Of a stretch of DNA of 64,000 nucleotides, positions 29,526-40,253 are shown in pieces. The translations under genes were made by a program, and so were the position numbers. Below the pieces are notes generated by a model that did no database searches, was not told the DNA's origin, and was given only the letters and a program-made list of their open reading frames with translations. The DNA lies in the IMG/VR virus record IMGVR_UViG_3300036715_004471, positions 310,001 to 374,000 of that record; one strand, given 5' to 3'. Positions within the stretch are counted from its first letter, which is position 1. Every line of letters starts with the position of its first letter.

Positions 29526-30078
29526 TTATAAAATGATTATAAATTTTATCTAGCCAAATTTTGAATTCGTCCAAAGACATATCATTTTTTGCTTGATTAC
29601 AAGTAATACAACAAGATACAATATTATCTTCTGAATGATTTTTAGAAGAATCTAAACGATCTAAACCATTATAAGTAAAATTACATAATTTTACCCAATC
29701 AGGCGATCGTTTGATTATAGGATTGTTACCAGTATACGCATTACAATAATTTGATGGGGCGGCGTCACAATAATAACAGTTTTGTTGAGACATTTTCAAA
29801 AACGTTTCAAAAGAACAACCATCAGAATATCTAGCTTTCCATACTTTATGAGCCGTAACTCTTGTAGGATCAGTTCTTTTTCTACTAGTAACATTGGCTA
29901 CTTTCAAACATCCACAGCTTTTGGAAATACCTTTTATGAGGTTTTGAGATAAAACTGATTTAGTTGTGCCACAGTCACATTGACATTTATAATAAACTCT
30001 ATCTGTTCTTAACTCATCAAAAGATAGTACCAACCATCTGTTAAATCTCTTGCCCGACAAATCTTTTCTTATAGTCAT
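29461..30078 (-). CDS. HNH-type homing endonuclease
   Basis: DLSGKRFNRW..CQCDCG..SCGC; CYYC; GLDRLDSSKNHSEDNIVSCCITCNQAK. Confidence 0.85.
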   Translation of the reverse strand: MTIRKDLSGKRFNRWLVLSFDELRTDRVYYKCQCDCGTTKSVLSQNLIKGISKSCGCLKVANVTSRKRTDPTRVTAHKVWKARYSDGCSFETFLKMSQQNCYYCDAAPSNYCNAYTGNNPIIKRSPDWVKLCNFTYNGLDRLDSSKNHSEDNIVSCCITCNQAKNDMSLDEFKIWLDKIYNHFIIGENNVVSSGISKNQIIQGVS

Positions 30079-30138
30079 GATTCACCATATATTCATGTTA
30101 TCAATCCGTAACATGAATATATGTTTCTATTGATAGTT

Positions 30139-30597
30139 TTATTTTATAAAACCCAATCCAAAAACTATTTTTGGAGTTTCAATAATATCTAAAGCATGAT
30201 TAAAAGTGAAGCAACATTGTTTACCGGTACAGCACATTTTGTTTTTGTCAACCATGTTGCCACACATAAAACAAAAAATATCATTTTCAATTTTTGACTG
30301 AATTCCGAACGCCAATGAGTCTCCGGCAGGATGACCAATGTCACCTAACGGATGAAAAAGTACTACCGAACTATAATTGCTACATTGGCAATTATTATTT
30401 TTACAATGATAAGTGCTAGAGTTTCCAAAAGTTTGGTAATACAAATAACTATGTTTATACTCTTCTGATTTAGTATAATGTTCGAATTCTTCTGTGGAAT
30501 CAAAATCATACATATCAAGCACTTCTTCAGGAGTAAATTCTTCTTCTAAAGAAGAGCCACATTTAATACAGTAAAAATTAGATCCTGACCAACTCAT
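30139..30597 (-). CDS. Cys-rich hypothetical protein
   Basis: Probable start MSWSGSNFYCIKCG. Confidence 0.55.
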   Translation of the reverse strand: MSWSGSNFYCIKCGSSLEEEFTPEEVLDMYDFDSTEEFEHYTKSEEYKHSYLYYQTFGNSSTYHCKNNNCQCSNYSSVVLFHPLGDIGHPAGDSLAFGIQSKIENDIFCFMCGNMVDKNKMCCTGKQCCFTFNHALDIIETPKIVFGLGFIK

Positions 30598-30599
30598 TT

Positions 30600-30842
30600 T
30601 TATAAATCTTTCGTATAAGACATAGCCAATAAAACAATTATGGTCGGAATTATTTCCGACCATGAAAAATTGTGACCAATAAATGTGAGACATATAGATT
30701 TAGAATTAAAAACATATGTCTGTAAAAATACATACATTCCAAACCATCCGAAAATAGCTATTATTAATTTCCACAACATACCCTTTACTAATAATAAATA
30801 AAGAATATAAATGATAATTAATAGTAATATTCCAAATTCCAT
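30600..30842 (-). CDS. small membrane protein
   Basis: Three hydrophobic segments. Confidence 0.6.
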   Translation of the reverse strand: MEFGILLLIIIYILYLLLVKGMLWKLIIAIFGWFGMYVFLQTYVFNSKSICLTFIGHNFSWSEIIPTIIVLLAMSYTKDL

Positions 30843-30866
30843 ATGTGCTCACTATCTTTGTAGAAC

Positions 30867-30897
30867 AAGTTTGGGCGATGGGTGACCGCCCAAACTT
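30867..30897. terminator. hairpin, probable terminator
   Basis: AAGTTTGGGCG / CGCCCAAACTT 11-bp inverted repeat right after the stop of 30901-32157. Confidence 0.65.
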
Positions 30898-30900
30898 TGG

Positions 30901-32157
30901 TTAGAAACCAATCATTTCATTTAATAATTTATTTTTTAAATCATTATTTGCTTTTTCAGCATAATTATTTAAAGATCTGTTTTTAACCGCATTAAAAACA
31001 TCTAAGTGTATAATCGCTTTAAGTTTAATTAGCTCTTGCTGTGCAAATCTCCAAGCTCTTATTTCTTCTTCATAAACTTGGACAGTTGTTTTTTGTTTTT
31101 TATAATCTTCACTTAATGAATCTGGTCTAAATCCTTCAAGCAAAGATCTGAAATGACCATATTCATGCGCTATTGAATATAAAACTTCTTCTGATGTTTT
31201 TTTATCATTCGGACGATATGTATTATTTACATAAATATAATTCTTATAACAAGATACTTGTATTTCATTATCTATATGATTATAATATCCGGAACCATAT
31301 GCTTGACATTCGGCAATATCTATTCTACTATCATCCCAATCAAATATCAATGATATATTGTTGTGATTAATAATTTGAGATAGTTCGAAAATTTTAATCC
31401 TTGCATACCAATCAGGCATCCATTTATTAATTTCTTCTAAAGAAAGATCGGATTTACAACTATTTATTCTATGAGTTGTAAATACTACATTGTTGACTAT
31501 ATAGCCCTTATTTGGTATGATTTTATCAATTGATAAACTATCACGATGCAATTCAGATCCTACTTCACAAACTAATTTAGCATCTGTATAAAAACATAAG
31601 CCATTTTGGCTATAATATTGTTTTATAAATTCTGCTTTTGTAATAGTACAAACAATATTATCTTTCTTGGCGCGCCGCTTCAAACGATTAAATCGATCTG
31701 AAAGAAACTTGTTTACATCATTATTTAGTGACAGATAATTTTGTTTCTTGCGACACATATTACAATATGAGAATTTGTATTCATATTTTTGACCCTTACG
31801 ACCGTATTGAAACTCATCAATGTTTTTGATGTCTTTACATTTTCGACACCTTGCTTCTTTATCTGAAATTAAATCAATAGGTTGGTTAGTAAAATTTTGC
31901 GACCTTTTATTTTGTTTCAAATATTCAGAAACAGTCCTATGATGAATAGATAAAGTTCTCGCAATTTCTCTATTTAGAATACCCTGAGCATTCAGATCTA
32001 ATATTCTCTGAATAATCTCTGTAGATACTTTATTTTTTCTATCACAACAATCTTTACACTTTTGCTTATTCTTTTCAGCAAACTGGAAAGATATTGGAGA
32101 TTTGTAATTCAATTCTTTATTACATTTTGGACAATTTCTTTTATATATTAACTGCAT
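30901..32157 (-). CDS. HTH/HNH-like endonuclease fused to an HExxH metallopeptidase-like domain
   Basis: HTH (NREIARTLSIHHRTV), CFYT..SIDKIIPNKGYIVNNV..INSCK; C-terminal SIAHEYGH...EEEIRAW. Confidence 0.7.
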   Translation of the reverse strand: MQLIYKRNCPKCNKELNYKSPISFQFAEKNKQKCKDCCDRKNKVSTEIIQRILDLNAQGILNREIARTLSIHHRTVSEYLKQNKRSQNFTNQPIDLISDKEARCRKCKDIKNIDEFQYGRKGQKYEYKFSYCNMCRKKQNYLSLNNDVNKFLSDRFNRLKRRAKKDNIVCTITKAEFIKQYYSQNGLCFYTDAKLVCEVGSELHRDSLSIDKIIPNKGYIVNNVVFTTHRINSCKSDLSLEEINKWMPDWYARIKIFELSQIINHNNISLIFDWDDSRIDIAECQAYGSGYYNHIDNEIQVSCYKNYIYVNNTYRPNDKKTSEEVLYSIAHEYGHFRSLLEGFRPDSLSEDYKKQKTTVQVYEEEIRAWRFAQQELIKLKAIIHLDVFNAVKNRSLNNYAEKANNDLKNKLLNEMIGF

Positions 32158-32200
32158 TAGACGACCTCGTAATTATATATCGTCTAATGCAGTGATCTTG

Positions 32201-33136
32201 TTAGAAATCGCCCCAAGCAACTTGGAAGCAAGTCAATCCCAATTTATCACGCCACAATTCACATACTTGTGTGCGATCATCCAACACAAGCAATACATTG
32301 TATTTTCCACGAATACGTGATTCATAAATTTCTTCCTTGATAAGCGCATCTTTACGGAAGTCTTGTGACTTTCTCATAAACAATTGATACTCATCAATTC
32401 CATCACAATATGCCTCAATAAAACTTCTCGTTTGAGACTCGTACTTATCCTCTCTACCGGAGCAGAAAATGATTTTGTAACCAGCCTTGTAATAAAGCTT
32501 TAATGATTCAATTACCGGAATGTTAGGAAGATCGTTTTCGCACTGTGATGCATCATAAGGATTTCTTCCATTCAACAAAGCTAAAGTTCCATCCAAATCA
32601 CACAAAACCGCCATAGGCAGATTTGGATCAATTCGTGGTGCTTCAACTCCAGAATCTTGAAATGCTGATGCTAAAGTGAAAATCTGAACACGTGGTTTAT
32701 AGAACTTGAACTGCTTACCGCCCGAATCCTTCCACCACTTCTTGATAACATTTTCACCCACAGAAGCCTTACCATCTCTCTTAGAGTCTCTGGCAATAGC
32801 CTCTTCCAAGTCAACAAAGAATTCCTTCTCGAATACTTGAATGTCTTTATTTAAAGACTTGGCAATCTTACAAACATCATCGAAATGACGTCTATTGAGA
32901 TTCAAGTTATCAATAATAACGTTCTTGCCTCTTTTCAAGGCATCACGAATCAAGTAATTTCTCGTATCAGTGATCATCTTTTCGTAATCAGCTGACCATA
33001 CGGAACCATTCATCATAGCACGAAGGTCATCATTATTTACTCGGACCCAATTCGACGGGTCCTTAGCAATTTCTGCTTTTGCCCAAGTTGACTTACCAGA
33101 ACCAGGGATTCCTACCGTTAGAATAACTTTTAACAT
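32201..33136 (-). CDS. pseT: polynucleotide 5'-kinase/3'-phosphatase (T4 PseT-like)
   Basis: GIPGSGKSTW, NNDDLR, DLDGTLA, SGR, LDDRTQV..W..GLTCFQV. Confidence 0.92.
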   Translation of the reverse strand: MLKVILTVGIPGSGKSTWAKAEIAKDPSNWVRVNNDDLRAMMNGSVWSADYEKMITDTRNYLIRDALKRGKNVIIDNLNLNRRHFDDVCKIAKSLNKDIQVFEKEFFVDLEEAIARDSKRDGKASVGENVIKKWWKDSGGKQFKFYKPRVQIFTLASAFQDSGVEAPRIDPNLPMAVLCDLDGTLALLNGRNPYDASQCENDLPNIPVIESLKLYYKAGYKIIFCSGREDKYESQTRSFIEAYCDGIDEYQLFMRKSQDFRKDALIKEEIYESRIRGKYNVLLVLDDRTQVCELWRDKLGLTCFQVAWGDF

Positions 33137-33149
33137 AATAACCTACAAT

Positions 33150-33856
33150 TCAAAGAAATGCTTTACAGCTTTCTACTCGTTTGATAAACCTTTTAATATT
33201 TGTAATCAATTGTTCCGACAAATGATGTTTAGCAAACTCTTTCCATTTATCGGATTCGTTCATTACATCATCTTTATCGAAATAGAAATACTTCAAATAA
33301 GTTGTAAACTGATCACAACTTATGGCATAAAGTTTTTTATGGAAGAAAATTTCTATTTGATGATTGCTGGGAGGATTATCTAATTTCCCAGCAATCATAT
33401 CATTCATAATTTTCATAAGAACATTTTTTGTTCTAAAGCTCTTGAGACTTCATCCAAAGTCTCAAATGTAAATTCATTAATATGAAATCCTTCATGAGTA
33501 TAATGAAGGGTATTTTTGGATTGAAGGAATAGTTCTGTGAATCTTTTCTTAAGATGAAGATATTTGAAATGCTCATTCATCAACCCTTGAATCGAATCTA
33601 GATCTAATAGAGACCATTGACCGTTTTCTAATGCATTCCCAACAAAACTATAAAGAGCAACAGCATTATTTTTGCTTTTGTAATTATCGTAATGTGTTAA
33701 TAATCCGTATTCTTTTTCCACATCGATAACTACAGCTTTAAGTTCGCCACCCAAAAGTGTACTATCTTCATCATAAAATGACGTTTCCTTTGAGTAACTT
33801 TTTACATTCTTTGAAAAGCTTTTTAGATCGTAAACGGCTTTCTTTAATTTATCCAT
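33150..33856 (-). CDS. two hypothetical proteins (33150-33416, 33413-33856) with C-terminal F-x motif
   Basis: End RVESCKAFL and RALEQKMFL. Confidence 0.65.
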
Positions 33857-33863
33857 ATTTATC

Positions 33864-34352
33864 TCATTTTAATTTGTTTTTGAGCCAAGACAAGACTTTT
33901 TCTAAATCTTCGACAGATGCATTGTTCTTAATTGTGTTAGCTTTGTAACTGATAATTTCAACATTACCTTTTACATATCCTAACTCTGGTACAATTCTAT
34001 CTAATGATATTGAATTATCTTTAGCATGTCCCGAATTGACACATAAGGGTATTCCTAACACGGGACATATATCTGGAATCGTTAAATCGCTCGCCGTAAT
34101 ATCAAATGGCAAATTCTTTAATTTTGCTCTTCTTTTTGCTTGCTGAAGAATTATACTGAGCGTATTTTTTCTATTCAACGCTTTTTTGTACTTGTTGATT
34201 TCAGCACGGCTTTTCTTATTATTGTTTTTCTTAGCTCGTGTTATCTCTTGTGTCTTGTTTTCTTGATAGTAATTTTTAACGTATTCATTACAGCCGGCGC
34301 ATCTTCCTTTTTCAGGAAGTTCTTTATCTACTTTGCATCTTTTACACTTCAT
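33864..34352 (-). CDS. HNH-like endonuclease
   Basis: AKRRAK...CPVLGIPL..SLDRIVPELGYVKGNVEIISYKANTIK. Confidence 0.85.
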   Translation of the reverse strand: MKCKRCKVDKELPEKGRCAGCNEYVKNYYQENKTQEITRAKKNNNKKSRAEINKYKKALNRKNTLSIILQQAKRRAKLKNLPFDITASDLTIPDICPVLGIPLCVNSGHAKDNSISLDRIVPELGYVKGNVEIISYKANTIKNNASVEDLEKVLSWLKNKLK

Positions 34353-34405
34353 TGTCGTAAACCTTTTTGCTGTTGGGTTTACGACAATGAAATATTATGC
34401 ATAGA

Positions 34406-35338
34406 TCATTTGAAGAATTCTGCTTGGTCTACATACTGAAATCCACAACGACTTGCGAATGTTTTATCGGTCGTCATGTCGCCTACCATAATGGTATCTT
34501 GACGTTTCAATTTATGTTTCATAATGAATTCTACACCAAGACCGTTCATCGGCTTTCTGCAATAGCAGGAAATCGGCGCCGACTGATGGGGACAGAATCT
34601 ATATTCAATATCTAATCCCAATTGTTTATTAGTATAATCAAACAGTTCGTGGCATTTTTCAAGAGTTAGTTCTCCCTTATGCACTCCGCTCTGATTTGAA
34701 ACGCCTAACAGTAAATATCCTTTGTCTTTGTAGGACTGCAAAACTTCTTTGCATTTGTCCTTAACCTTGACATGACTTATATCAGTCGGATATTTATCAT
34801 TACCACCAATGCATTCACGAAGTGTACCATCGTAATCAACAATGATTGCTTTGTTAGTAAACTCCGGATTATCCACACGAGTAAACTTGATTACATCAAC
34901 TTTGGAAAAACCTTCCTCGATGGTAGGTTTCTGAAATTCTTTCTTGTATTTAAACAAGACAGTTGGTGGAAAAATGTTGGGATGTTTGCTCTTTTTAATT
35001 TCATCGGGAGAAAGGAATTTCCCCGAAATATTAATCATTCTTTGAACAAAATTGAATTGTGCATCTTCGATAGAAGTATCTACCAATTTGCATACAATGC
35101 TTGTTTTGTATTTTTTGCACAAATCAATAAATGGTTTGCGTACTTCTACTGTTGGAAATAAATTATCCAAGATCACATCGTCTTGATCTTGGAGCATTTT
35201 TTCAAACTTAGGTAAGAGACCAGCAATTGTGCCACCTTCTGTATCTCTATTTAGAACAATAACTTCGGCACCCAATAAACTTTTTGTGACTGTACTTTTC
35301 CCGGAACTGGGAAAGCCACAAACCATAACAACAGCCAT
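34406..35338 (-). CDS. AAA_33 kinase + HAD-IIIA phosphatase (second PNKP-like enzyme)
   Basis: GFPSSGKS; DYDGTL, SNQSG, CPH..CYCRKP, VGDMTTD. Confidence 0.85.
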   Translation of the reverse strand: MAVVMVCGFPSSGKSTVTKSLLGAEVIVLNRDTEGGTIAGLLPKFEKMLQDQDDVILDNLFPTVEVRKPFIDLCKKYKTSIVCKLVDTSIEDAQFNFVQRMINISGKFLSPDEIKKSKHPNIFPPTVLFKYKKEFQKPTIEEGFSKVDVIKFTRVDNPEFTNKAIIVDYDGTLRECIGGNDKYPTDISHVKVKDKCKEVLQSYKDKGYLLLGVSNQSGVHKGELTLEKCHELFDYTNKQLGLDIEYRFCPHQSAPISCYCRKPMNGLGVEFIMKHKLKRQDTIMVGDMTTDKTFASRCGFQYVDQAEFFK

Positions 35339-35354
35339 TTTATTTCACCTAATA

Positions 35355-35672
35355 TTATTCGTCAATGAATTTTTTCAAAACAGATCTAGAAGTCATCCCA
35401 ATTTGGACTTTAATGTCTTTACCTTTGTTAAAAAGCATTATAGTGGGTATGCTTCTAACTTTGAATTGTGAAGCAATAGATGGAGAATCATCAATATCTA
35501 GTTTTACGAACTTCACAGTATCTTGATACTCCACAGCCAACTCTTCCAAGATGGGGAGTTGTTTCTTACAAGGTCCACACCAAACAGCACTAAAATCTAC
35601 CAAAACTGGTATTTCAGAATCCAAAACTTCTTTTTTGAAAGAGTCTTCATCTACTGTTTTCAATATACTCAT
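35355..35672 (-). CDS. trxA: thioredoxin
   Basis: VDFSAVWCGPCK, SIPT. Confidence 0.95.
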   Translation of the reverse strand: MSILKTVDEDSFKKEVLDSEIPVLVDFSAVWCGPCKKQLPILEELAVEYQDTVKFVKLDIDDSPSIASQFKVRSIPTIMLFNKGKDIKVQIGMTSRSVLKKFIDE

Positions 35673-35673
35673 A

Positions 35674-36786
35674 TTATTTTCCTTTAATAGTCACATTTTC
35701 GCTTATCTTAGTAAACAAGTCGAAAAATTCCTTACAAGCATAAAGTTTGTGTTTAGCAATCATGTCGAAATCAAAAGAATTGTACAAACCCATAACTTGA
35801 ACTTCATAGTCCACATTATTAGTAGTTAGAAACTTGCACAAATTTTCTAATGGAACAAATCTATTCTTAGATTTTGCAGCCTCATTGAAAAGTTTTTGTT
35901 TGGCATAATAACAGGCGGTCACTACAAATACTACTTTTTCTGTAGGAGAAAGTGACAGATAATCTATCGTTAAGTTTCCAGAATCAATAAGTGAATGTAC
36001 AAATGGTTCAAACTTACGGTAATGTTCATACCATATCTTGAATCTCATTCCTGCTTCACCTCCTACAAATCCGGAAATGATTTGTGTTACAGTATCAATA
36101 TCTACAATTTTTAATTCGCGAGCTTTCAGTAAAGCATCAGAAGCAAACGTCCAGCCTCTAGGTGAAGGCGAGGCATAGCAAGTATCTTCAATTTCCCCAC
36201 AAGCAAATTCTGGATTACTTCTAAGAAATCCTAGAATTAGATCGTGAACATTGTGAGCCTTAGCCCAATCTATCCACTTCTCAAAGTTAAAAGATAGTAT
36301 ATACTTAGCGCCCCTATCTAATAATGCAGAATTGATAACATTAGAATATGCCCCTTCATTCATCAAATTGCCAGTTAATATACAGGACATAGCATTGATG
36401 CTATTGCCATTAACTTTTTTGAATTGGAGAATTTCTAATAATGGGGCGGTGACTTCTGGTGGGGCTTTATCTACCTCATCGAATAAAATTATACTATCCG
36501 GTGTGGCTGATTTTAATTGAGGCAAAAAAGCGGGAGATTTGAAAGTAATAACGCTGCCAGTAGAGTTGATATCTGGATATCCCGCCAAATCTGGGCGCTC
36601 AATGACACTTAAGTTAATGTAATTAATTTTGATATTACATTCTTGAGCAGCTTGCATTGCAATATGTGTTTTTCCAACCCCACGGCGACCAAACAAGAAA
36701 ATGTTTTGCTGGGATCTAATGAAAAACTTTGTTAAGGACAATGCTTGTTCTTGATCTATTTCTTGTAAGTTTGTAGAGTTAGCCAT
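35674..36786 (-). CDS. MoxR-like AAA+ ATPase (paralog 2)
   Basis: GRRGVGKT, ILFDEVDKA, TGNL, LLDR, SPRGW. Confidence 0.85.
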   Translation of the reverse strand: MANSTNLQEIDQEQALSLTKFFIRSQQNIFLFGRRGVGKTHIAMQAAQECNIKINYINLSVIERPDLAGYPDINSTGSVITFKSPAFLPQLKSATPDSIILFDEVDKAPPEVTAPLLEILQFKKVNGNSINAMSCILTGNLMNEGAYSNVINSALLDRGAKYILSFNFEKWIDWAKAHNVHDLILGFLRSNPEFACGEIEDTCYASPSPRGWTFASDALLKARELKIVDIDTVTQIISGFVGGEAGMRFKIWYEHYRKFEPFVHSLIDSGNLTIDYLSLSPTEKVVFVVTACYYAKQKLFNEAAKSKNRFVPLENLCKFLTTNNVDYEVQVMGLYNSFDFDMIAKHKLYACKEFFDLFTKISENVTIKGK

Positions 36787-36832
36787 ATTTCCTTTATTGA
36801 TTCATATGGCTATATAACTTAGAACAGAAGCA

Positions 36833-37057
36833 TTAATTATACATTAACTTTTGTTCTTTTATCTCTGACAAAAATTCTGGAATATGAAAGGACGACTCAA
36901 AGATTTGAATTTTTGCTTGAACATCTTGATTATCTTCTAATTTCGCTTTGCTTAAAATAGCGTCAACATTCGATGAAGCAATCTCTGGAGACATAGTAAC
37001 CGATACTAAGCACCACTTATCTTTGGGTCTATTCTTTATGTAAATTCCATGAATCAT
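36833..37057 (-). CDS. hypothetical protein
   Basis: Probable start MIHGIY. Confidence 0.55.
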   Translation of the reverse strand: MIHGIYIKNRPKDKWCLVSVTMSPEIASSNVDAILSKAKLEDNQDVQAKIQIFESSFHIPEFLSEIKEQKLMYN

Positions 37058-37068
37058 GTTAGAATCCT

Positions 37069-37419
37069 TTATACACTGAAACTTGTACCGCAACCACATT
37101 TAGAAGATTCATTAGGATTCACAAACTTAAATCCTTGATACATTAATGATTTCTCCCAATCCAAAGTACAATTGTTTAGATAAATAATACTTTTCTTATC
37201 TACAATTACTTTAATTTCCCCAAAATGAAAAATAAGATCCTTTACAGAAGGATCTTTATCTTCATATTGAAGAGCATAAGAGAAACCAGAACAACCTCCA
37301 CCGCGAACCCCTAATCTCAAATAAGAATTAGGAGTGCCTCGGCTAATAAATTGTTTCTTAATTTGTTCTAACGCTGAGTCCGAAATATGTACTTGATATG
37401 TTATTGTATTCTCTTCCAT
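37069..37419 (-). CDS. iscA: HesB/IscA A-type Fe-S carrier
   Basis: GGGCSGFSY...NPN..CGCGTSF. Confidence 0.92.
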   Translation of the reverse strand: MEENTITYQVHISDSALEQIKKQFISRGTPNSYLRLGVRGGGCSGFSYALQYEDKDPSVKDLIFHFGEIKVIVDKKSIIYLNNCTLDWEKSLMYQGFKFVNPNESSKCGCGTSFSV

Positions 37420-37425
37420 ATTTTC

Positions 37426-37989
37426 TCACTTTCTAAAACTGCCGACAGTATTTAGAAAGATATTGGCAATATTTTTAGCATCATCAACACCACGATGATG
37501 TGTGCCCTGAAGTTTCAATCCTAAAAATCCTAGAGCCTGATCTAATCCTAGTTCAGTATCCAACCCATGCAATAGCCTAAAAGTATTTTTCAAATTATGA
37601 TGTCTTGGTCCAAACGGATACTTGACACCATAATCTCTAGAATTTCTTTCAAACATTTTTCGATCATAATCTCCCCAACTTACAAAGGTTCTATTGTCGG
37701 AATTGAACTCTTTTCTCAAAATCTTGCAAGCTTCCTCAAAAGTAATACCTTTATCTACCTGTTCTTGAGTTAGGGTTGTTAATTTAGTACAAAATTTGCT
37801 CAATTTGGAATTCTGAGGTTTTACCAAAATGGAAACGTTATCAGACATTTCCAATGTTTTTATATCAACCACAGCAAGACCAATTTCAATTATTTCAGAA
37901 ATCTGATCTCGTGGTTGATACTCAGGTGGTTCCCAACATGTACTTTCAACATCAATCACTAATACTTTTGGATCAAGTGTTTTTCCCAT
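37426..37989 (-). CDS. DEDDh 3'-5' exonuclease (ERI1/KapD-like)
   Basis: IDVESTCW, EIIEIG, SWGDYD, HHRGVDDA. Confidence 0.9.
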   Translation of the reverse strand: MGKTLDPKVLVIDVESTCWEPPEYQPRDQISEIIEIGLAVVDIKTLEMSDNVSILVKPQNSKLSKFCTKLTTLTQEQVDKGITFEEACKILRKEFNSDNRTFVSWGDYDRKMFERNSRDYGVKYPFGPRHHNLKNTFRLLHGLDTELGLDQALGFLGLKLQGTHHRGVDDAKNIANIFLNTVGSFRK

Positions 37990-38388
37990 TTATATTCTCC
38001 TCATGGCTTTATTACTGGATGAAACAATTTCATCCAATTCTTGAGCTGATGTTTGTTTGATGGTAGTCGCCGCGATTCTAGCTTTTAATCCATCTTCCAT
38101 AATGACCCTATCAGCCTTGATAAGTTCGATTCTTTCCACCAATTTGTTAACCGTGTCATCCGAAAGATATTGAGCGTTGACAGTAATGAATTTCTCAATA
38201 TCTTTCGGATCATCTGACACTAGCTTGACCTTGGCAATTTTACCCATAGCATCTCGATTATTTCTTGAATCGCGTCGAGTTTTTAACTTACTAGTAAGAT
38301 AATCTGATAAGAAAATCTGGTAAGCTATCACTATTAACCCAATAGCAATAATAGTCGGAATCAAAGCTTCTAGCAATTGCATAGTCAA
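37990..38388 (-). CDS. membrane-anchored hypothetical protein
   Basis: N-terminal TM helix. Confidence 0.55.
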   Translation of the reverse strand: MTMQLLEALIPTIIAIGLIVIAYQIFLSDYLTSKLKTRRDSRNNRDAMGKIAKVKLVSDDPKDIEKFITVNAQYLSDDTVNKLVERIELIKADRVIMEDGLKARIAATTIKQTSAQELDEIVSSSNKAMRRI

Positions 38389-38402
38389 TCCTTACTTATC
38401 AA

Positions 38403-39503
38403 TCAAACACCTTCCGACAAAGAACGATCAACCAACTGAATACACAGTTGATCCAACTTATCTTTATCAGGATGTTTTGGAAGAATATCTGATGTATTAT
38501 ACAATTCGTTCAGAGTAACTTCTTCACGTTCAGCGAACTCAATCAACTGATCATAGGTCCACGCTCCGTTACGAATTGAGAGTAATTCTTCTCGGTCAGG
38601 TCGTTTAACAATAACCTTTCCAGTCGTCAAAATCTCTCTACACATACGAATCAATCTTACTAGATGATAAGCATGTTTAGTATCATATCCAAACTTCTCT
38701 TCCAATTCTGCTCTGGCGGGATTACGGGTTTTCTTCCAGTTAATGAACTGATCCCACTCCCTCTTAGCAGAAGTATAGGCTCGCTCTCTTTGCATGATTT
38801 GAATAAAGTTATCACTCAAACCAATTTTTCTAGCAGCAGCCATCCAGTGATCATCGGTAGTGATTTTCAATTCTGCAATCATCTCTGCCATTACAGAACG
38901 AATACCAATTTTGGTTGATTCAGGCAAATCATCCATAAAATCAAATTGAAATCTATCCAATTCTTTCTGGACTTCTGCCTGGGCAGCCATTAATTGGTCC
39001 GCAGGAATCAATGTTTGCTCCGGCAGCCCTAATTCCGAACGAGTCGGCGGCTTGCTAGGAGGAGACATAATCCAACGCTTATGTAATTTTATTCTATGAA
39101 GCTGTGAAATTGCATAACCAGTCATAGTATGTTTTACTTTTTTAGATAGGAATAAATTTCTATTTTCAATTAATTTTTCGCCTATAGGTGAAATATAGAT
39201 GATATCATTTGGATCAACAAATAGCATTTCTAAACAATTTGGATTACAGTCTGCCGCAAGTTTGAAAAACTTAGTAAGTTCATAAATAACAGTATCGGGA
39301 TCATGTAATTCCGCCTGTTCGAAATTCTTCATAAAACCAAAATAATACTCTTTGGGAGGAATACATATTCCTTTGAAATCTTCATCTGAAGATTCGGTAT
39401 TAGTCCCATAAGCCCTACTACCATGCAAAGCAACATAAATAGCCTGATTATTGATCCATTTAATTCCTGAATCAAATTTTTCAAAAAAAGTAGGAAGTTT
39501 CAT
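38403..39503 (-). CDS. pol-beta superfamily nucleotidyltransferase (YcgL/RlaP-like)
   Basis: HGSRAYGTNTESSDEDFKG, NPNCLEML, GYDTKHAYHLVRL, LLSIRNG. Confidence 0.85.
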   Translation of the reverse strand: MKLPTFFEKFDSGIKWINNQAIYVALHGSRAYGTNTESSDEDFKGICIPPKEYYFGFMKNFEQAELHDPDTVIYELTKFFKLAADCNPNCLEMLFVDPNDIIYISPIGEKLIENRNLFLSKKVKHTMTGYAISQLHRIKLHKRWIMSPPSKPPTRSELGLPEQTLIPADQLMAAQAEVQKELDRFQFDFMDDLPESTKIGIRSVMAEMIAELKITTDDHWMAAARKIGLSDNFIQIMQRERAYTSAKREWDQFINWKKTRNPARAELEEKFGYDTKHAYHLVRLIRMCREILTTGKVIVKRPDREELLSIRNGAWTYDQLIEFAEREEVTLNELYNTSDILPKHPDKDKLDQLCIQLVDRSLSEGV

Positions 39504-39548
39504 AAGGTTACTCTTAATTACATGTCAATATTATGATATACATATATC

Positions 39549-40253
39549 ATGAAAAATTTAGTAGCAATAAATGATAAATTCAATAATCTTACAGTAATTG
39601 ATTGTACAGAAGATTATCACGTTGAACCTTCAGGTAAAAAAAGAAGAAAAGTATTAGTAAAATGTGATTGTGGTGAAGAATTTAAAATTCAAACTCTTAT
39701 ATTAAAAAGAAAAGGACAAAAATGTTTTAAATGTAAGTTTAATACAGATAGTGCAGTTGTTATTGGTCAAACCTATACCAAACTTGAAGTTGTTGGATTT
39801 ACAATTCAAAAGAAAAAGAAAATGGCTTTATGTAAATGTATTTGTAATGCAATTATTTGTGCCCGTCCAGATCAGCTTGTAAATGGTATTACCAAGCATT
39901 GTGGATGTCAACATAAAGCAAATTGGAGAGGTATTGAGTTATTATCTCAATCTTTTATTGGAAGAATTATAAGAAACGCGCAAAAAAGAAAAATATTATT
40001 TAATGTTACCAATGAATATCTATGGCAACTTTATCAAAAACAAAATGGCAAATGCGCATTATCAGGATTAAATATCCCTTTTGGTAAATCTACCAAAGAT
40101 TCAAATGACGCATCATTAGATAGAATTGATAGTTCAGTTGGATATATTGAAGGAAATATTCAGTGGGTCCATAAAGATATCAATAAAATGAAAATGGAAT
40201 TAAAACAAAATAGATTTATTGAACTTTGTAAACTAATATCAAATAAAAACTAA
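39549..40253 (+). CDS. HNH-type homing endonuclease
   Basis: CDCG/HCGC; CALSG; ASLDRIDSSVGYIEGNIQWVHKDINKMK. Confidence 0.88.
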   Translation: MKNLVAINDKFNNLTVIDCTEDYHVEPSGKKRRKVLVKCDCGEEFKIQTLILKRKGQKCFKCKFNTDSAVVIGQTYTKLEVVGFTIQKKKKMALCKCICNAIICARPDQLVNGITKHCGCQHKANWRGIELLSQSFIGRIIRNAQKRKILFNVTNEYLWQLYQKQNGKCALSGLNIPFGKSTKDSNDASLDRIDSSVGYIEGNIQWVHKDINKMKMELKQNRFIELCKLISNKN

